Virus record (IMG/VR): IMGVR_UViG_3300007735_000798
Coordinates: 32,001 to 96,000 of that record
Direction: 5' to 3' (one strand)
DNA: 64,000 bases
DNA from: a virus
A program made the translations under genes and the position numbers. How positions within the stretch are numbered: the stretch's first letter is position 1; each line of letters starts with the position of its first letter. Under the pieces are notes generated by a model, which made no database searches, was not told the origin of the DNA, and saw only the letters and a program-made list of their open reading frames with translations. Below, piece after piece: positions 29,371-39,783 of this stretch.

Positions 29371-30507
29371 TTATACTCCTTGCGGTGTTGGAGGAGGATT
29401 ATAACTGCCAGATAAAAAGATACCTCTATCTGTTTGTTGAGCACTACCAACCTGTACTTCAAATGTCGCACTCATTGTAGCCCCATCACCGATAGCAGAA
29501 CTAAAGTTTTGGCTTGTTAATTTAGCGCCTCTAAATTCATATGTAAGGGCATTGGCTCCAGTTCCGCCACAAGCAGGTTTTTTCATTGTAATTACGAAAT
29601 TATTTAAATTTGTATCACAAAGTAATGACGATAGATCTCCAGTGCCGTTTGATAAGTCGCCAACTTGAGCATTCATAGTTAATGTAGCTGTAAGTGGGAA
29701 ATCAATTTCACGAGAGAATGCGTAGCGACTACCTAATTTTTGAAGTGGTGTACGCCCAATATCAACTGCTAATGAAAAGTCTTGAACTTTTAAATCAACA
29801 GGGTCAAAACCTAATAAACCAGTTGGTGTAAACGTAATATCACCAGGAAGCAATGCATTTGGAATTGAAGATCCAGTCATGGAAGTAGCTGCTGGAAGTT
29901 TAAATTTAACTCCTGTTAATAGTTGACCATCAGCGGCATTAACACCTGGAGCAACTGCCCCACTCCCACCTGGACTTGCGGCATTAAGATCTCCATAAAT
30001 ACGAACATTCAATCCTTCAATTTCAACGTCAGCACTTGGAATATCACCAACAGCAGCATTAACTGTATATGAAGTTAAGAAGCCATTTCCAATACCAATT
30101 ACGCCAGTTCTTGCGCTAGTATAGCCAGCAGCATCATTACCTTCGTCAGCAATCATTAAATAATAATTTTTTTGATCAGTTGCTCTTGTCAAAAGTCCAG
30201 AAATAATAGAAGCATTACCAGCCGAACCAGTCGTCGCACTAGTTAAACCCAAAAGTCTTTCATTAAGACCGTCAGTCAAATAGTATGAAAAACTTGCTGT
30301 TACAGTTGGAGCTTCTACCTCTAAACGATCAATAGCGGCTAAATTTCCAAATTGATTGACATCTTGGAAAGTGCGTGTAAAATCTTCATCGAAACTTTGA
30401 ACACGACCTAATTGTTGAACGGCTCCAAGACCAGTTTGTTGTCCAGTTGGAGAGACTTGACTCGCATAAAGAGCCAATACATTGTAAATTGTTCTATTTC
30501 TTGCCAT
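29371..30507 (-). CDS. Major tail tube protein
   Basis: 378 aa, Gly/Thr/Ala-rich, highly expressed codon style, own terminator; RVQSF..DVNQFG, RTPLQKLGSRYAFSR. Confidence 0.75.
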   Translation of the reverse strand: MARNRTIYNVLALYASQVSPTGQQTGLGAVQQLGRVQSFDEDFTRTFQDVNQFGNLAAIDRLEVEAPTVTASFSYYLTDGLNERLLGLTSATTGSAGNASIISGLLTRATDQKNYYLMIADEGNDAAGYTSARTGVIGIGNGFLTSYTVNAAVGDIPSADVEIEGLNVRIYGDLNAASPGGSGAVAPGVNAADGQLLTGVKFKLPAATSMTGSSIPNALLPGDITFTPTGLLGFDPVDLKVQDFSLAVDIGRTPLQKLGSRYAFSREIDFPLTATLTMNAQVGDLSNGTGDLSSLLCDTNLNNFVITMKKPACGGTGANALTYEFRGAKLTSQNFSSAIGDGATMSATFEVQVGSAQQTDRGIFLSGSYNPPPTPQGV

Positions 30508-30550
30508 AATTATAATTACATCTTATTTTTTTGTTAGACACTCGATATTT

Positions 30551-31411
30551 TTAATATACTCTTGGTTGTCTAATACTTTTTAGTTCAAAATCTGCTATTG
30601 CAGCTATTGTTTTTTTATTTATATATAAATTTTCTGATTCGTCAAATTTTGTAATATCAACTTTATGAATATAAACTAATTGATTTTGATTTTGCATTTT
30701 ACACATATTTATATAATTATAATTATTTCCATCTTTAAAATCTCCAAAATAGTTAAAAGGTAAATCTTCTGGATTAAATACAGGAAATACTTTTCTGGCA
30801 GAATCAGCAAGAATTGATGTTAAACTATCTAAAGAAAAACTATCTTTTGCTAAAATTATACATCTTATCCAATAATTTGATTCATCTAATCCGCCAAAAG
30901 CAAAAGGTTCATTTTCATTTGTTTTTAATTTTATGAATACGCATGGATATGGTAATTCTAAATAACCAAGAGCGCCAGTAACTCTTGATGTTTGCGGAGT
31001 TAATGAATAAGATTTTTCAAACATCAAACGGTCTTCACGTTCATCTGTATAATATAAATTAAATTCTTTAAAACTATATTGCGTAGTAAAATTTTGATTT
31101 GTTGGAATTTGATTTCCAGAAAAAATAATTCTTCCATGATTATAATCAATCGCTAATCCATTCTGACCACGAGAAATAAACTGCGAACCAGAAACTATTC
31201 CACTTGGGATATAAGCATTTGGAATACTAGAATCATAAATCCATTGTTTAAATGGAGATCCATAAACAGATGATGTCAATTGAAAATTAGGATCTTCTGT
31301 TTCATATAGTTTGCCACTATAAGTAATAAAAGCCTCTCCACGACTTAAAATTTCATGATCTAACCACAAATAAAAACTTGATGTAAGATTATTAATATAA
31401 GAAGCTTTCAT
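30551..31411 (-). CDS. Probable tail terminator/neck protein
   Basis: Position upstream of the tail tube; YPCVFI motif. Confidence 0.5.
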   Translation of the reverse strand: MKASYINNLTSSFYLWLDHEILSRGEAFITYSGKLYETEDPNFQLTSSVYGSPFKQWIYDSSIPNAYIPSGIVSGSQFISRGQNGLAIDYNHGRIIFSGNQIPTNQNFTTQYSFKEFNLYYTDEREDRLMFEKSYSLTPQTSRVTGALGYLELPYPCVFIKLKTNENEPFAFGGLDESNYWIRCIILAKDSFSLDSLTSILADSARKVFPVFNPEDLPFNYFGDFKDGNNYNYINMCKMQNQNQLVYIHKVDITKFDESENLYINKKTIAAIADFELKSIRQPRVY

Positions 31412-31989
31412 TTAATTTTTCCTCCTAATTTTTTTATGAAATTATTATATAATGGAGTAAAATATGATATTCTAGTAAATACTTTTCCACGAAAATTTTT
31501 TCTTGACTGAATTGCTTTTCCAGAACGCGAATTTTCAAATTTACCATATAGATAAGCACCTAATCCAGATATTGATTTTTCTACTCCCCATAGCCAACTT
31601 CTATTTTCCCATGGCATTTTACTTGCATTACCGAAATCTTCTTTTGAAGGAACATAAATATTTACTACAAAATTATTTTTATTAAATAATATTTTTTTAT
31701 TAATCTTTATATTATTCAATAATGACAATATTGGAGCAATTGGGTTCGAACTATTAGAAAAACCAATGAATGAAAATAAATTTCCATAACCACCTAAAGT
31801 TCCAGATAAATTACTAGCATTTTCTCCACCCTCAATTTCTTGAGTAACAGGATGTTCTTTAAATTTTGTAATTAGAATATTTTTTTCAGCTTCTACCGAA
31901 GCATTGGCAATTTGTAAAACTTTTTTTTGAACATTTGAATTTTCAAAAATTATTTTTTTTAAAGCTTGTTTATCTATTTTTCCAGCCAT
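31408..31989 (-). CDS. Probable neck/tail completion protein
   Basis: Basic 193-aa ORF in the head-tail joining region. Confidence 0.45.
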   Translation of the reverse strand: MAGKIDKQALKKIIFENSNVQKKVLQIANASVEAEKNILITKFKEHPVTQEIEGGENASNLSGTLGGYGNLFSFIGFSNSSNPIAPILSLLNNIKINKKILFNKNNFVVNIYVPSKEDFGNASKMPWENRSWLWGVEKSISGLGAYLYGKFENSRSGKAIQSRKNFRGKVFTRISYFTPLYNNFIKKLGGKIK

Positions 31990-31990
31990 A

Positions 31991-32422
31991 TTAATTACTT
32001 TCTTCTAGGTAGATAGTATAAAAGTTAGGATCAAAAAGCCCATGTGGTTCACTTGTTCCAAAAAATTGAACGTTACGACCATCAATTTCTACACTTTTCC
32101 AGTCATCAAACCAACCAATATCTTCTTTTTTAATTTTTAATCTTACAATGTTACCATGAACTTCTTCTTTAATATCTTTTTGACCTTTCAAATCGGATGG
32201 ATCTAACCATTTAATTCTTGCGTCTATAACTCCACTAACTGGGGTATATTGTACTTCAATACCTTCTTGAGCATCTGTATATATGAAATTATAATTTAAA
32301 TTTGTAGAAATTATTGTACGTTTAGGTGTTTTATAAACTATAATTTTTCTAGAAAATGTATCATGAATATCATTAAATACATTATCATATAATAATTGAT
32401 CAGCATCAGGAATAAGATTCAT
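31991..32422 (-). CDS. Probable head closure (stopper) protein
   Basis: 143-aa beta-rich ORF, gene order. Confidence 0.45.
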   Translation of the reverse strand: MNLIPDADQLLYDNVFNDIHDTFSRKIIVYKTPKRTIISTNLNYNFIYTDAQEGIEVQYTPVSGVIDARIKWLDPSDLKGQKDIKEEVHGNIVRLKIKKEDIGWFDDWKSVEIDGRNVQFFGTSEPHGLFDPNFYTIYLEESN

Positions 32423-32423
32423 A

Positions 32424-32960
32424 TTAGTAAGTTACCCTATTATATTCTTGTATAATATAAAATGATTGACCAATTGTATCATCGCCAACGACTTGATCGG
32501 GAATTGCCCCATATTTAAGATACATTTTAACAGAATCTTGTAATGATTTATAAGCATCATTATAAAATGCACGAAAAGTTTTTGCAATCTCGTGTGGATT
32601 TACTCTTGTAATTGAGCTATCAGCTTCTCTTAAATTTATCCAATCTGAACCTTTTGTGGCAGCACTTCTTGCGAAATTTTCAGCTAAAGATGCATAATAT
32701 TCAACTTCAAATAATTGTTTATAAATAGCCATTTGATCATTACGCATACTTGGCTCTACGCCATAGCCCGTAATATTTCCACAATCATTAGTATAGGCAA
32801 TACTAGAAAAATTTGTACCAATTAAATTATTTAATTTACCTACATTTGCATTATCTAGAAACCAAGAAGCAACCCTATCTTGAGAATAATCCGAAGGGCT
32901 TCCTAAACCTTCATAAACCCCATTTATAAAATTAGAAAATGTATAATTTTGTGTACTCAC
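32424..32960 (-). CDS. Probable head-tail adaptor
   Basis: 178-aa ORF, gene order after the capsid. Confidence 0.45.
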   Translation of the reverse strand: MSTQNYTFSNFINGVYEGLGSPSDYSQDRVASWFLDNANVGKLNNLIGTNFSSIAYTNDCGNITGYGVEPSMRNDQMAIYKQLFEVEYYASLAENFARSAATKGSDWINLREADSSITRVNPHEIAKTFRAFYNDAYKSLQDSVKMYLKYGAIPDQVVGDDTIGQSFYIIQEYNRVTY

Positions 32961-32980
32961 ATAATATTTTACACAAAAAA

Positions 32981-33358
32981 TTATGCACCCTCTCTTAATA
33001 TCTTTTGAGCCTGTGAATCTAAATCTAAAACAGATTTAACACCACCTTCAACGATATTACTACCATATCTTGAATTCCATTTAATAAATTCTTGAACTAA
33101 ACGATCTGTTAAAACTTTACGATCTGGTGTTGGTACAAGACCAATTTTATAAGCATGAGTTTGTAAATCAGTCATATTCATTTCCGCCAATTGTCCACGA
33201 TATTCATCAGAACTATTAGCTGTATAAATAGATAAAGTTTCTCCTAAAATTTCATCTAAAGAAGATGGTTTTTTTTGTACAGTTTCTTCTTTTCCGTGAA
33301 TTTGTAGCATTTCTTTTTTACTCGGCCTACCTCTTTTTCTTTTAGTTTTAGTGTTCAT
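32981..33358 (-). CDS. Small protein with N-terminal AT-hook-like motif
   Basis: KRKRGRPSKK followed by a helical domain. Confidence 0.55.
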   Translation of the reverse strand: MNTKTKRKRGRPSKKEMLQIHGKEETVQKKPSSLDEILGETLSIYTANSSDEYRGQLAEMNMTDLQTHAYKIGLVPTPDRKVLTDRLVQEFIKWNSRYGSNIVEGGVKSVLDLDSQAQKILREGA

Positions 33359-33404
33359 CTTAAATATTATTACATTTAATGTAAAAATAATCTAATTTTT
33401 TTAT

Positions 33405-33433
33405 AAAAAAAGGGCCACCCTTTCGGATGGCCC
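33405..33433 (-). terminator. Rho-independent terminator after the major capsid gene
   Basis: GGGCCATCC-GAAA-GGGTGGCCC-TTTTTTT on the minus strand. Confidence 0.9.
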
Positions 33434-33468
33434 AATTTTAATTATTTGCTATTATTTAATTATAATAA

Positions 33469-34581
33469 TTAGGCATTATTGATAATTAAACCTACAGCAG
33501 CACGAGCGTCAACAGCTACACGTCCTTCTTCTAAGAAACTATAGAAACCAACTTTTTGGCTACGAGCCAAGAATTGATCATCAGGAAGTGTTTGTACTTG
33601 ACCACGACTTTCGCTTTGGGTTGCGACTGGGCGCAAGAAAGCATTACGTGAAGCATCGATACCGATAACTAAATCATCAGCAGCAACATCATATGTAATA
33701 CCGTCATAAGTAACACCACTACCGAATGTATTGAACAATTGTGTATATTTTCTATTTACACCAAGTTCTAACATTTCGTTGATTGTTACGCCGAAGATTT
33801 CTTGAGTGCCAGCGGCACGATAGATTTCTTCACGAACACTATCAGGAAGAGCAACGTTACCAGCACTTGTTGAACCACCACTTCTGGTATTCATTGGCTG
33901 ATAAGCGAAACTACGAATTTGTGCTTTGACTTCTGGACTTACAAATAAGTCTGTTAAGCCACGGCTTTGTAAAGCTTGTGGAGTGCCACCAGTATAAGCA
34001 GCATTTAATCTACGAACAAGTGTCCATAATCTATTTACATCATCAAGTTGGAATACATTTCCAGTTGATGTTGATTTAAGAATATGTTTTGTTCCACCTG
34101 TTGAAGCGTCAGCTAAAAGCTTAAGAATAACAGCCCATGCATTACGTTCTTGTTTTACAAGAAGTTCATTGGCCATACGTTCTAAACCAGCAGCAACAAC
34201 GTCTAAACGTGCTCTACGAACATAACGTTTGTCCATAGAAATAGCTGTGTCAAGACGATAGGTATTAACCTTCATTTCTTGCATGCCTTGAACAAAGTTT
34301 GTTGGAAGACCGCCACCGACTGTTTGTGACCAAACACTAATGTGTCCTTCATTAAGACCATAGTATAAGTCAAGAGGAATCGAAGGAGAGTCATCTTGAT
34401 CAAATTCTACGTCACGATAAATCATACTGGCAGTACCAGCTTGTAAGAGAACTTGCTGAACAACACTACTGATGAATGCTGCAAAAGCTTCTTGAGCTTC
34501 CATAGCTACAGTTTTATTGTCCGAAGCAAGAGCCTTGATAAGCTCTACTTGCTCAGGGTTTTTGTCGAATTGAATTTTCAT
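33469..34581 (-). CDS. Major capsid protein (HK97 fold)
   Basis: 370 aa, follows protease/scaffold and decoration genes, highly expressed codon style, strong terminator. Confidence 0.8.
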   Translation of the reverse strand: MKIQFDKNPEQVELIKALASDNKTVAMEAQEAFAAFISSVVQQVLLQAGTASMIYRDVEFDQDDSPSIPLDLYYGLNEGHISVWSQTVGGGLPTNFVQGMQEMKVNTYRLDTAISMDKRYVRRARLDVVAAGLERMANELLVKQERNAWAVILKLLADASTGGTKHILKSTSTGNVFQLDDVNRLWTLVRRLNAAYTGGTPQALQSRGLTDLFVSPEVKAQIRSFAYQPMNTRSGGSTSAGNVALPDSVREEIYRAAGTQEIFGVTINEMLELGVNRKYTQLFNTFGSGVTYDGITYDVAADDLVIGIDASRNAFLRPVATQSESRGQVQTLPDDQFLARSQKVGFYSFLEEGRVAVDARAAVGLIINNA

Positions 34582-34607
34582 ATTTTTAATTTTTTCTTTC
34601 TAATTGA

Positions 34608-35147
34608 TTAGAGTTCTACCTTGAGTAAGGCATATCCCTCATCATTTTTAGGTCCAAGGAATTTACCAACAGTTGCGTTAGCATAAGCTATTACTTTGAG
34701 TGAACCATCACCAGCGTCAGCAACAGCTGCGCCGCTACCGTAGTTTGGTGATCCGTTAATACCACTCACAAGAACCAAACCTTTTGTAAGAATCGGAGCG
34801 GCTTGACCGCTGATAATTACATCCATTTCGGCTGCTTTGCGAGGGTTGAAAATTAATCTTTCTCCATTTTCGTCAAACGTACGAACATCTTTAAGCAATA
34901 ATCCAACGATTTGACCTTTAGTTGCACCGCTAGCAGCAGGAGCAACAGTCCAAGGAACATTGAATTGTGCAGAAAGAGTGTTCGCAGCAAACGAAAGGTT
35001 GTCTAAAGATGTTTGATCTTTGAGGTTAATACCATTTGACTGGGCAGTAACAACAGTGCCTTTATCGGCCGTTGCTCCACTTACTGCAAAAAGGTTAATA
35101 ACATCATGTTCATCATAATCTCTGAATGGTTTTAAATTTGATGGCAT
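34608..35147 (-). CDS. Capsid decoration/cement protein
   Basis: 179 aa, Gly/Ala-rich; VGLLL.DV..GQAAPILTKGLV..VGKFLG; between scaffold and capsid. Confidence 0.65.
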   Translation of the reverse strand: MPSNLKPFRDYDEHDVINLFAVSGATADKGTVVTAQSNGINLKDQTSLDNLSFAANTLSAQFNVPWTVAPAASGATKGQIVGLLLKDVRTFDENGERLIFNPRKAAEMDVIISGQAAPILTKGLVLVSGINGSPNYGSGAAVADAGDGSLKVIAYANATVGKFLGPKNDEGYALLKVEL

Positions 35148-35170
35148 ATATTTTTATTTCTTTCTATTTT

Positions 35171-36985
35171 TTATTTGATTTTTACGCTGTTTTTATTGAA
35201 AGCAGCATTGATTTTATCAACCAATGTTACTTCTTGAGGAGAGGAAGCGTTCGGAAGGACTTCTTCCTTTGCCTCTACACTCGAAATTACTTCTTCTACA
35301 GTCTTCTCTTCGCTAGCGACGATTTCAGCAGCTTTTTCTTCTTTCATTTCTTTTTTAGCTGGTTCGCCTTCTTTCATAGCTTCTTGTTTTACAACTTTAG
35401 CTGATTTCTTTTTAGCTGCGGCAAATGTAGAAAACTTTTTATACCATTTCTCAAATTGTTCATCATTTTCAATGGCGTTTAAATCTTCAGCGATGATACT
35501 ACGATCTTCATCGGTAAGATCAAATTCTTCATCAAGTAAACTCATTCTACGTTGGAAATTGGCTTCAATTTCTTTTGCTTTAAGATCTTCTTGAATTTTT
35601 GTGAACTCTTCTTTTACTTTTTCGCTATCGGCCTTGATTGCTTCGAGATCTGTTTTCAATGTTGAGATTTGATCTTCTGCTGCTTTAAGAGCGGTTTCTT
35701 TTTCTTCAACTTTTGATTTCCATTCTTGAGCGAGTTCTGCGATGCGGTTTGAAATAAATTCACGAACGGCACTAGCAGCAACTTCCTTGATGGAATCATC
35801 CGTAATATCATCAATATTTTTTAGTTGCATATTAATTTTTACATTATTATTTTCTTGTTGGACACTTTTTTTATTCATTTTAATTTCAGAAGATTCAATA
35901 TTATTATTTTCGTCTTCCATTTCATTATAATCTTCGCATCCACATTCTGGACATGTTTCGGCTTTAATTCCTTTATATCCACATTTGGCGCAAGCATATT
36001 TTGCGTCTTTCATTTCTTCTGCTTTAATATTTTCTTGTGGTTTATCATAAGAAATAACAACTCCACTAACTTCTGCGGCTGGAGTATTTGTAAATCCGAT
36101 TCCTAATGGGAGAACACTACCTTGTAAATTTAAAAGAACAATTTCGCCATCTTCTGTAACTCCATTACCACCAAATACTTTAAGACGATCTTTTAATTCT
36201 ACAATTTTATCTTCATCTTCAATAATAGTGGCTTCTGCTAAATTTTTACTACCTTTAGCAACATTAAATTCATTAAAGCCAAGTTCCCAACTTGCACTAA
36301 CTGAAAGATATTGATCAGATGAAGGATCACTACTACTAACGAGTTCAGCAGCAAATTCTGGATTGACAATTTTCCACACATATCCAGAAAGAACAACATT
36401 AAATGGATCTTTCATTGCCTTAACTTCTTCAAGAGTTAAAGGTTTACTACTACCAAATTCACTAAATCCATAACCAGTACAAACGCCCACAACAACTTTA
36501 CGATTATGTTCAATATTAAATGGTTTATTAATAAAATTTTCAACCATTGCAAGTGCAACGTCAGTACTAATTATATGACCATTTTTATTTCCACGATTAA
36601 CAACGAAAGCATCAAATGCAACGCCCATTAAATCACGATTAACATCAAGGTCTACATTTTTTGGAAGATATTGTTTTAATTGATCGATTGAGGCCACGGC
36701 CAAATATTTATCTTCATCAAAAGGAACCATTGCTTGAACAATAATCCCGTCAAATTTAATTGAATATTTAAAATCTTTCATTGTATCCATTTGTAAATTT
36801 ACACTTTGTTCTTCTAATAGGGCAACATTTTTGAGTTTATTACCAATGATAATTTTATTATTTTCACATTTATTAATTTGCATAGCACATAAAGAAATTG
36901 GGCGAGTAAATGAAACTAATAAGTCCGACAAATCAAATTCTGATTGCGTATCAATATTTTCTGGAAGATCTTCGTATGTAGGCAT
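35171..36985 (-). CDS. Prohead protease fused to scaffold coiled coil
   Basis: NKNGH..KPFNIEHNR..VSASWELGF protease-like N-half, CxxC-CxxC knuckle, acidic coiled-coil C-half. Confidence 0.75.
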   Translation of the reverse strand: MPTYEDLPENIDTQSEFDLSDLLVSFTRPISLCAMQINKCENNKIIIGNKLKNVALLEEQSVNLQMDTMKDFKYSIKFDGIIVQAMVPFDEDKYLAVASIDQLKQYLPKNVDLDVNRDLMGVAFDAFVVNRGNKNGHIISTDVALAMVENFINKPFNIEHNRKVVVGVCTGYGFSEFGSSKPLTLEEVKAMKDPFNVVLSGYVWKIVNPEFAAELVSSSDPSSDQYLSVSASWELGFNEFNVAKGSKNLAEATIIEDEDKIVELKDRLKVFGGNGVTEDGEIVLLNLQGSVLPLGIGFTNTPAAEVSGVVISYDKPQENIKAEEMKDAKYACAKCGYKGIKAETCPECGCEDYNEMEDENNNIESSEIKMNKKSVQQENNNVKINMQLKNIDDITDDSIKEVAASAVREFISNRIAELAQEWKSKVEEKETALKAAEDQISTLKTDLEAIKADSEKVKEEFTKIQEDLKAKEIEANFQRRMSLLDEEFDLTDEDRSIIAEDLNAIENDEQFEKWYKKFSTFAAAKKKSAKVVKQEAMKEGEPAKKEMKEEKAAEIVASEEKTVEEVISSVEAKEEVLPNASSPQEVTLVDKINAAFNKNSVKIK

Positions 36986-37032
36986 TTTTATTATTATAAA
37001 TAATTACACACAATTTATATAATTTATTAATA

Positions 37033-37061
37033 TTGATTTTTTTAAAAAAATATATTATCAT
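37033..37061 (+). promoter_or_regulatory. sigma70-type promoter, leaderless
   Basis: TTGATT-17nt-TATCAT-6nt-ATG(37068). Confidence 0.55.
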
Positions 37062-37067
37062 TTTACT

Positions 37068-38222
37068 ATGAAAGTGCTTGCATTAATTCCAGATTTTTTA
37101 GAAAAACCATCTGGCGGTCTTGGCGAGCAAATGCAAAATATTATTCGTGAACTAGAAAATAAAGTTGAATATTATATTTGTGGATATCCAGAAAAAAATA
37201 ATTATAAAAATTATAAATCAGTTATAGCGCCAATGAATACTTTTAATCATGCGGCATTAACAACAATCTATGGCCAATCAATTTATTTTTTAGAAGCATT
37301 AGAATTTAAACAAGATTTTGATATTATTCATGCATGTGATTGGTCAACATTTTATGCTGGAATTTTATGCTCTTGGCATTTTAAAAAACCTTTAGTGTGT
37401 ACAGTTAATTTATCTCTACAACAATTAAATAAAAGTAACATATTTTACTGTCATGATGCAAATTCAGTTGATGGCATGTATATTAATCAATTACAAATAT
37501 TTTTTGAACAAATGGGGTTATTTTATGCAAATAAAGTAATTCATGTTTCTGAATATTATGCAAATTTATATAAAGAGCATTTAAATAAATCAATAATTAT
37601 CCATAATGGATTAAATTTAGATAACTGGAAAAAACAAAATAATAGTAATTATTTAAAAGGAAAAAATAAAACTAAATTTTGTTATATTGGAAGAGCATCC
37701 GCAATGAAGGGATTAGAAACAATATTAAATTCTAGTATTCCAGATGATGTAGATTTTTATTTTGTAGTTTCTGAGAAAAATGCCGAAGAACCTATATTTT
37801 CAAATATCAAAAATAAATGCAACGATAAAAATATTTTTCATATCGAAGGATTATATGAACAAGATAAAATAGATTTTTTAAATGAAATGGATGCAATAGT
37901 AATGCCAAGTATCCATGAACCTTTTGGTATTGTAGCTTTAGAAGCATTAGCTTCTGAATCTATATTAATAACAACTGCATCTGGTGGTATCAAAGAAATT
38001 GTTCAAGATATAGATTATGTTCATATTAATAATTCGAATGATTTAGAAAAAGCTTTTGATTATGTTAAAAATCTATCGAACGAAGAAAAAGAAAAAATAA
38101 TTAAAAAAGGTAAAAATCGTGCAAATAATTTTGATTGGAAAATTCAATCAAATAAGTTATATGAAGTTTATAAAGAAGTTATGACGATGAATTATAATTC
38201 AAATGTTGTAAAGTTTGAATAA
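37068..38222 (+). CDS. Glycosyltransferase family 4 (GT-B)
   Basis: PSGGLG, DIIHACDW, HNG, YIGRA..KG, MPSIHEPFGIVALEA. Confidence 0.9.
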   Translation: MKVLALIPDFLEKPSGGLGEQMQNIIRELENKVEYYICGYPEKNNYKNYKSVIAPMNTFNHAALTTIYGQSIYFLEALEFKQDFDIIHACDWSTFYAGILCSWHFKKPLVCTVNLSLQQLNKSNIFYCHDANSVDGMYINQLQIFFEQMGLFYANKVIHVSEYYANLYKEHLNKSIIIHNGLNLDNWKKQNNSNYLKGKNKTKFCYIGRASAMKGLETILNSSIPDDVDFYFVVSEKNAEEPIFSNIKNKCNDKNIFHIEGLYEQDKIDFLNEMDAIVMPSIHEPFGIVALEALASESILITTASGGIKEIVQDIDYVHINNSNDLEKAFDYVKNLSNEEKEKIIKKGKNRANNFDWKIQSNKLYEVYKEVMTMNYNSNVVKFE

Positions 38223-38243
38223 TTTATATAGTTTCTATTATTT

Positions 38244-38837
38244 CTAAAATTTAGAACCTTTAGATAAATTTTCTTTCGCTGTCAATGGTTGCAAATTAGA
38301 ATAATGAAAACATATTTTTTGATCTTCATATTTTTGCAAATTAAAACTCGCACATGGGCGAATATGATCTATATGCCAATAACTTCCATAATTATCCCAT
38401 GACATGTCGGCGTAGAATTTGGATTCGAGATGCTGTTTCAATTCTTCTATAGAGCAACCTAATAAATTTAAAGTATTTGTAGATTTTACTTTTCCATTTA
38501 AAACATTTCTAATTCTATGACGAATACGTTCGGAAATAACCCAATTTATATTAAATTTTCCTTTTTTATGATACCATTTTTGTCTTGATCTTTTACAATA
38601 ACCAGACTTCTTTCTTTGTTTATAAACTTTACCCCAATTGTCTTTTCTCCATTTTGAGTTTTTATTTAAAACCTCTTGTTTATTTTCTAAATAATTTTTT
38701 TTGGCCCATTCGTTTGTTTTTTTATATCGGCATTTTTTACAAGACGTGGTGTATCCATCTTTAGTATATTTATCTTTTGGAAACTCTGAATAAGATTTTT
38801 GATTTTTACATTTACTGCAAGTTTTAAATATTACCAT
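38244..38837 (-). CDS. HNH endonuclease (free-standing homing type) with N-terminal Zn finger
   Basis: KTCSKC..CKKC; MSWDNYG.WHIDHIRPCASF..CFHYSNLQPL..ENLSK. Confidence 0.85.
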   Translation of the reverse strand: MVIFKTCSKCKNQKSYSEFPKDKYTKDGYTTSCKKCRYKKTNEWAKKNYLENKQEVLNKNSKWRKDNWGKVYKQRKKSGYCKRSRQKWYHKKGKFNINWVISERIRHRIRNVLNGKVKSTNTLNLLGCSIEELKQHLESKFYADMSWDNYGSYWHIDHIRPCASFNLQKYEDQKICFHYSNLQPLTAKENLSKGSKF

Positions 38838-38845
38838 GCATATTA

Positions 38846-39319
38846 TTACACACTAGTTGCTGAAAAGTGCATCCAGTCATAATTTTTGGTACGACCCAAG
38901 CTTGTCCAGCCCTCGCCCTCCACTATTTTCCAAAAAGCATCATATTCTTTTTTTGCAAAAGCAGCACGATCTCTACCCCATTTTAATAAATTTCTATCGG
39001 GATCTAAATCCACAGCAGCGCCCCAAGAATGAATTGACCACGCACTTCCACCACGCATTTTACGAACATTGACACAACCACCAAAACTATTTAGTTTAAG
39101 TTTTTGCACATCTTTCAATCCATATGTTTTTAAAGTTTGTTCAAGAATTGTATGTAGAGAGTCTGCACATTTTTTATTGCAAGAAATTTTTTTGACTTTT
39201 ACACCTTCATCCCAAGCTAAATACATTTCGTAAGGAAGCTGTATTTGAGTCATATTTTCTCCTACAGGGCCGTAAAAAGCCGTCATTGAAGTAAAGTCTT
39301 GTTTAGGCCATTTATTCAT
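38846..39319 (-). CDS. Endolysin, peptidase M15 family (L-Ala-D-Glu/D,D-peptidase)
   Basis: R..RGGSAWSIHSWGAAVDLD ... DWMHF Zn-binding motifs. Confidence 0.85.
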   Translation of the reverse strand: MNKWPKQDFTSMTAFYGPVGENMTQIQLPYEMYLAWDEGVKVKKISCNKKCADSLHTILEQTLKTYGLKDVQKLKLNSFGGCVNVRKMRGGSAWSIHSWGAAVDLDPDRNLLKWGRDRAAFAKKEYDAFWKIVEGEGWTSLGRTKNYDWMHFSATSV

Positions 39320-39782
39320 GTGGTTGGGCCTCCACCCAAATTAAAGGAGCATATGATTTATCATTTTTAAATTTTTCAGAATATATTTCTATTATTGTTT
39401 GTTGGACTTCCTCTTTTGCATATTGTATTTCACTTTTAGAAATAACACTTGTCTCACTATTATATTTAAAATCAATAGCAGCTTGTAATCCTAAATAAGC
39501 AGAAATAATAATTGCAAATATTTTAATTGTTTCTACAAATATTGTAACAAAAGAACCAGTAATAGATGGAATTGGCGCGGTTAAAAATAAAATAAAAACA
39601 CTCACTCCATAAAAAGCTATTAACATTATAATAGAACTAAATACTACAAAAAACTTTTTACTTCTCAAAAAATTAATAGACTTCATTTCGTCTATATATT
39701 CTGGAGGAGTATTTGGTGGAGCTTTATCATGGCTCAACATAGAAGCCAATGACTGTCCAATAAGTGCTAGTCTATTCCACAT
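39312..39782 (-). CDS. Probable holin (2 TM)
   Basis: SKKFFVVFSSII.. and ..IFAIIISAYLGLQAAIDFK; overlaps the endolysin start. Confidence 0.65.
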   Translation of the reverse strand: MWNRLALIGQSLASMLSHDKAPPNTPPEYIDEMKSINFLRSKKFFVVFSSIIMLIAFYGVSVFILFLTAPIPSITGSFVTIFVETIKIFAIIISAYLGLQAAIDFKYNSETSVISKSEIQYAKEEVQQTIIEIYSEKFKNDKSYAPLIWVEAQPHE

Positions 39783-39783
39783 A

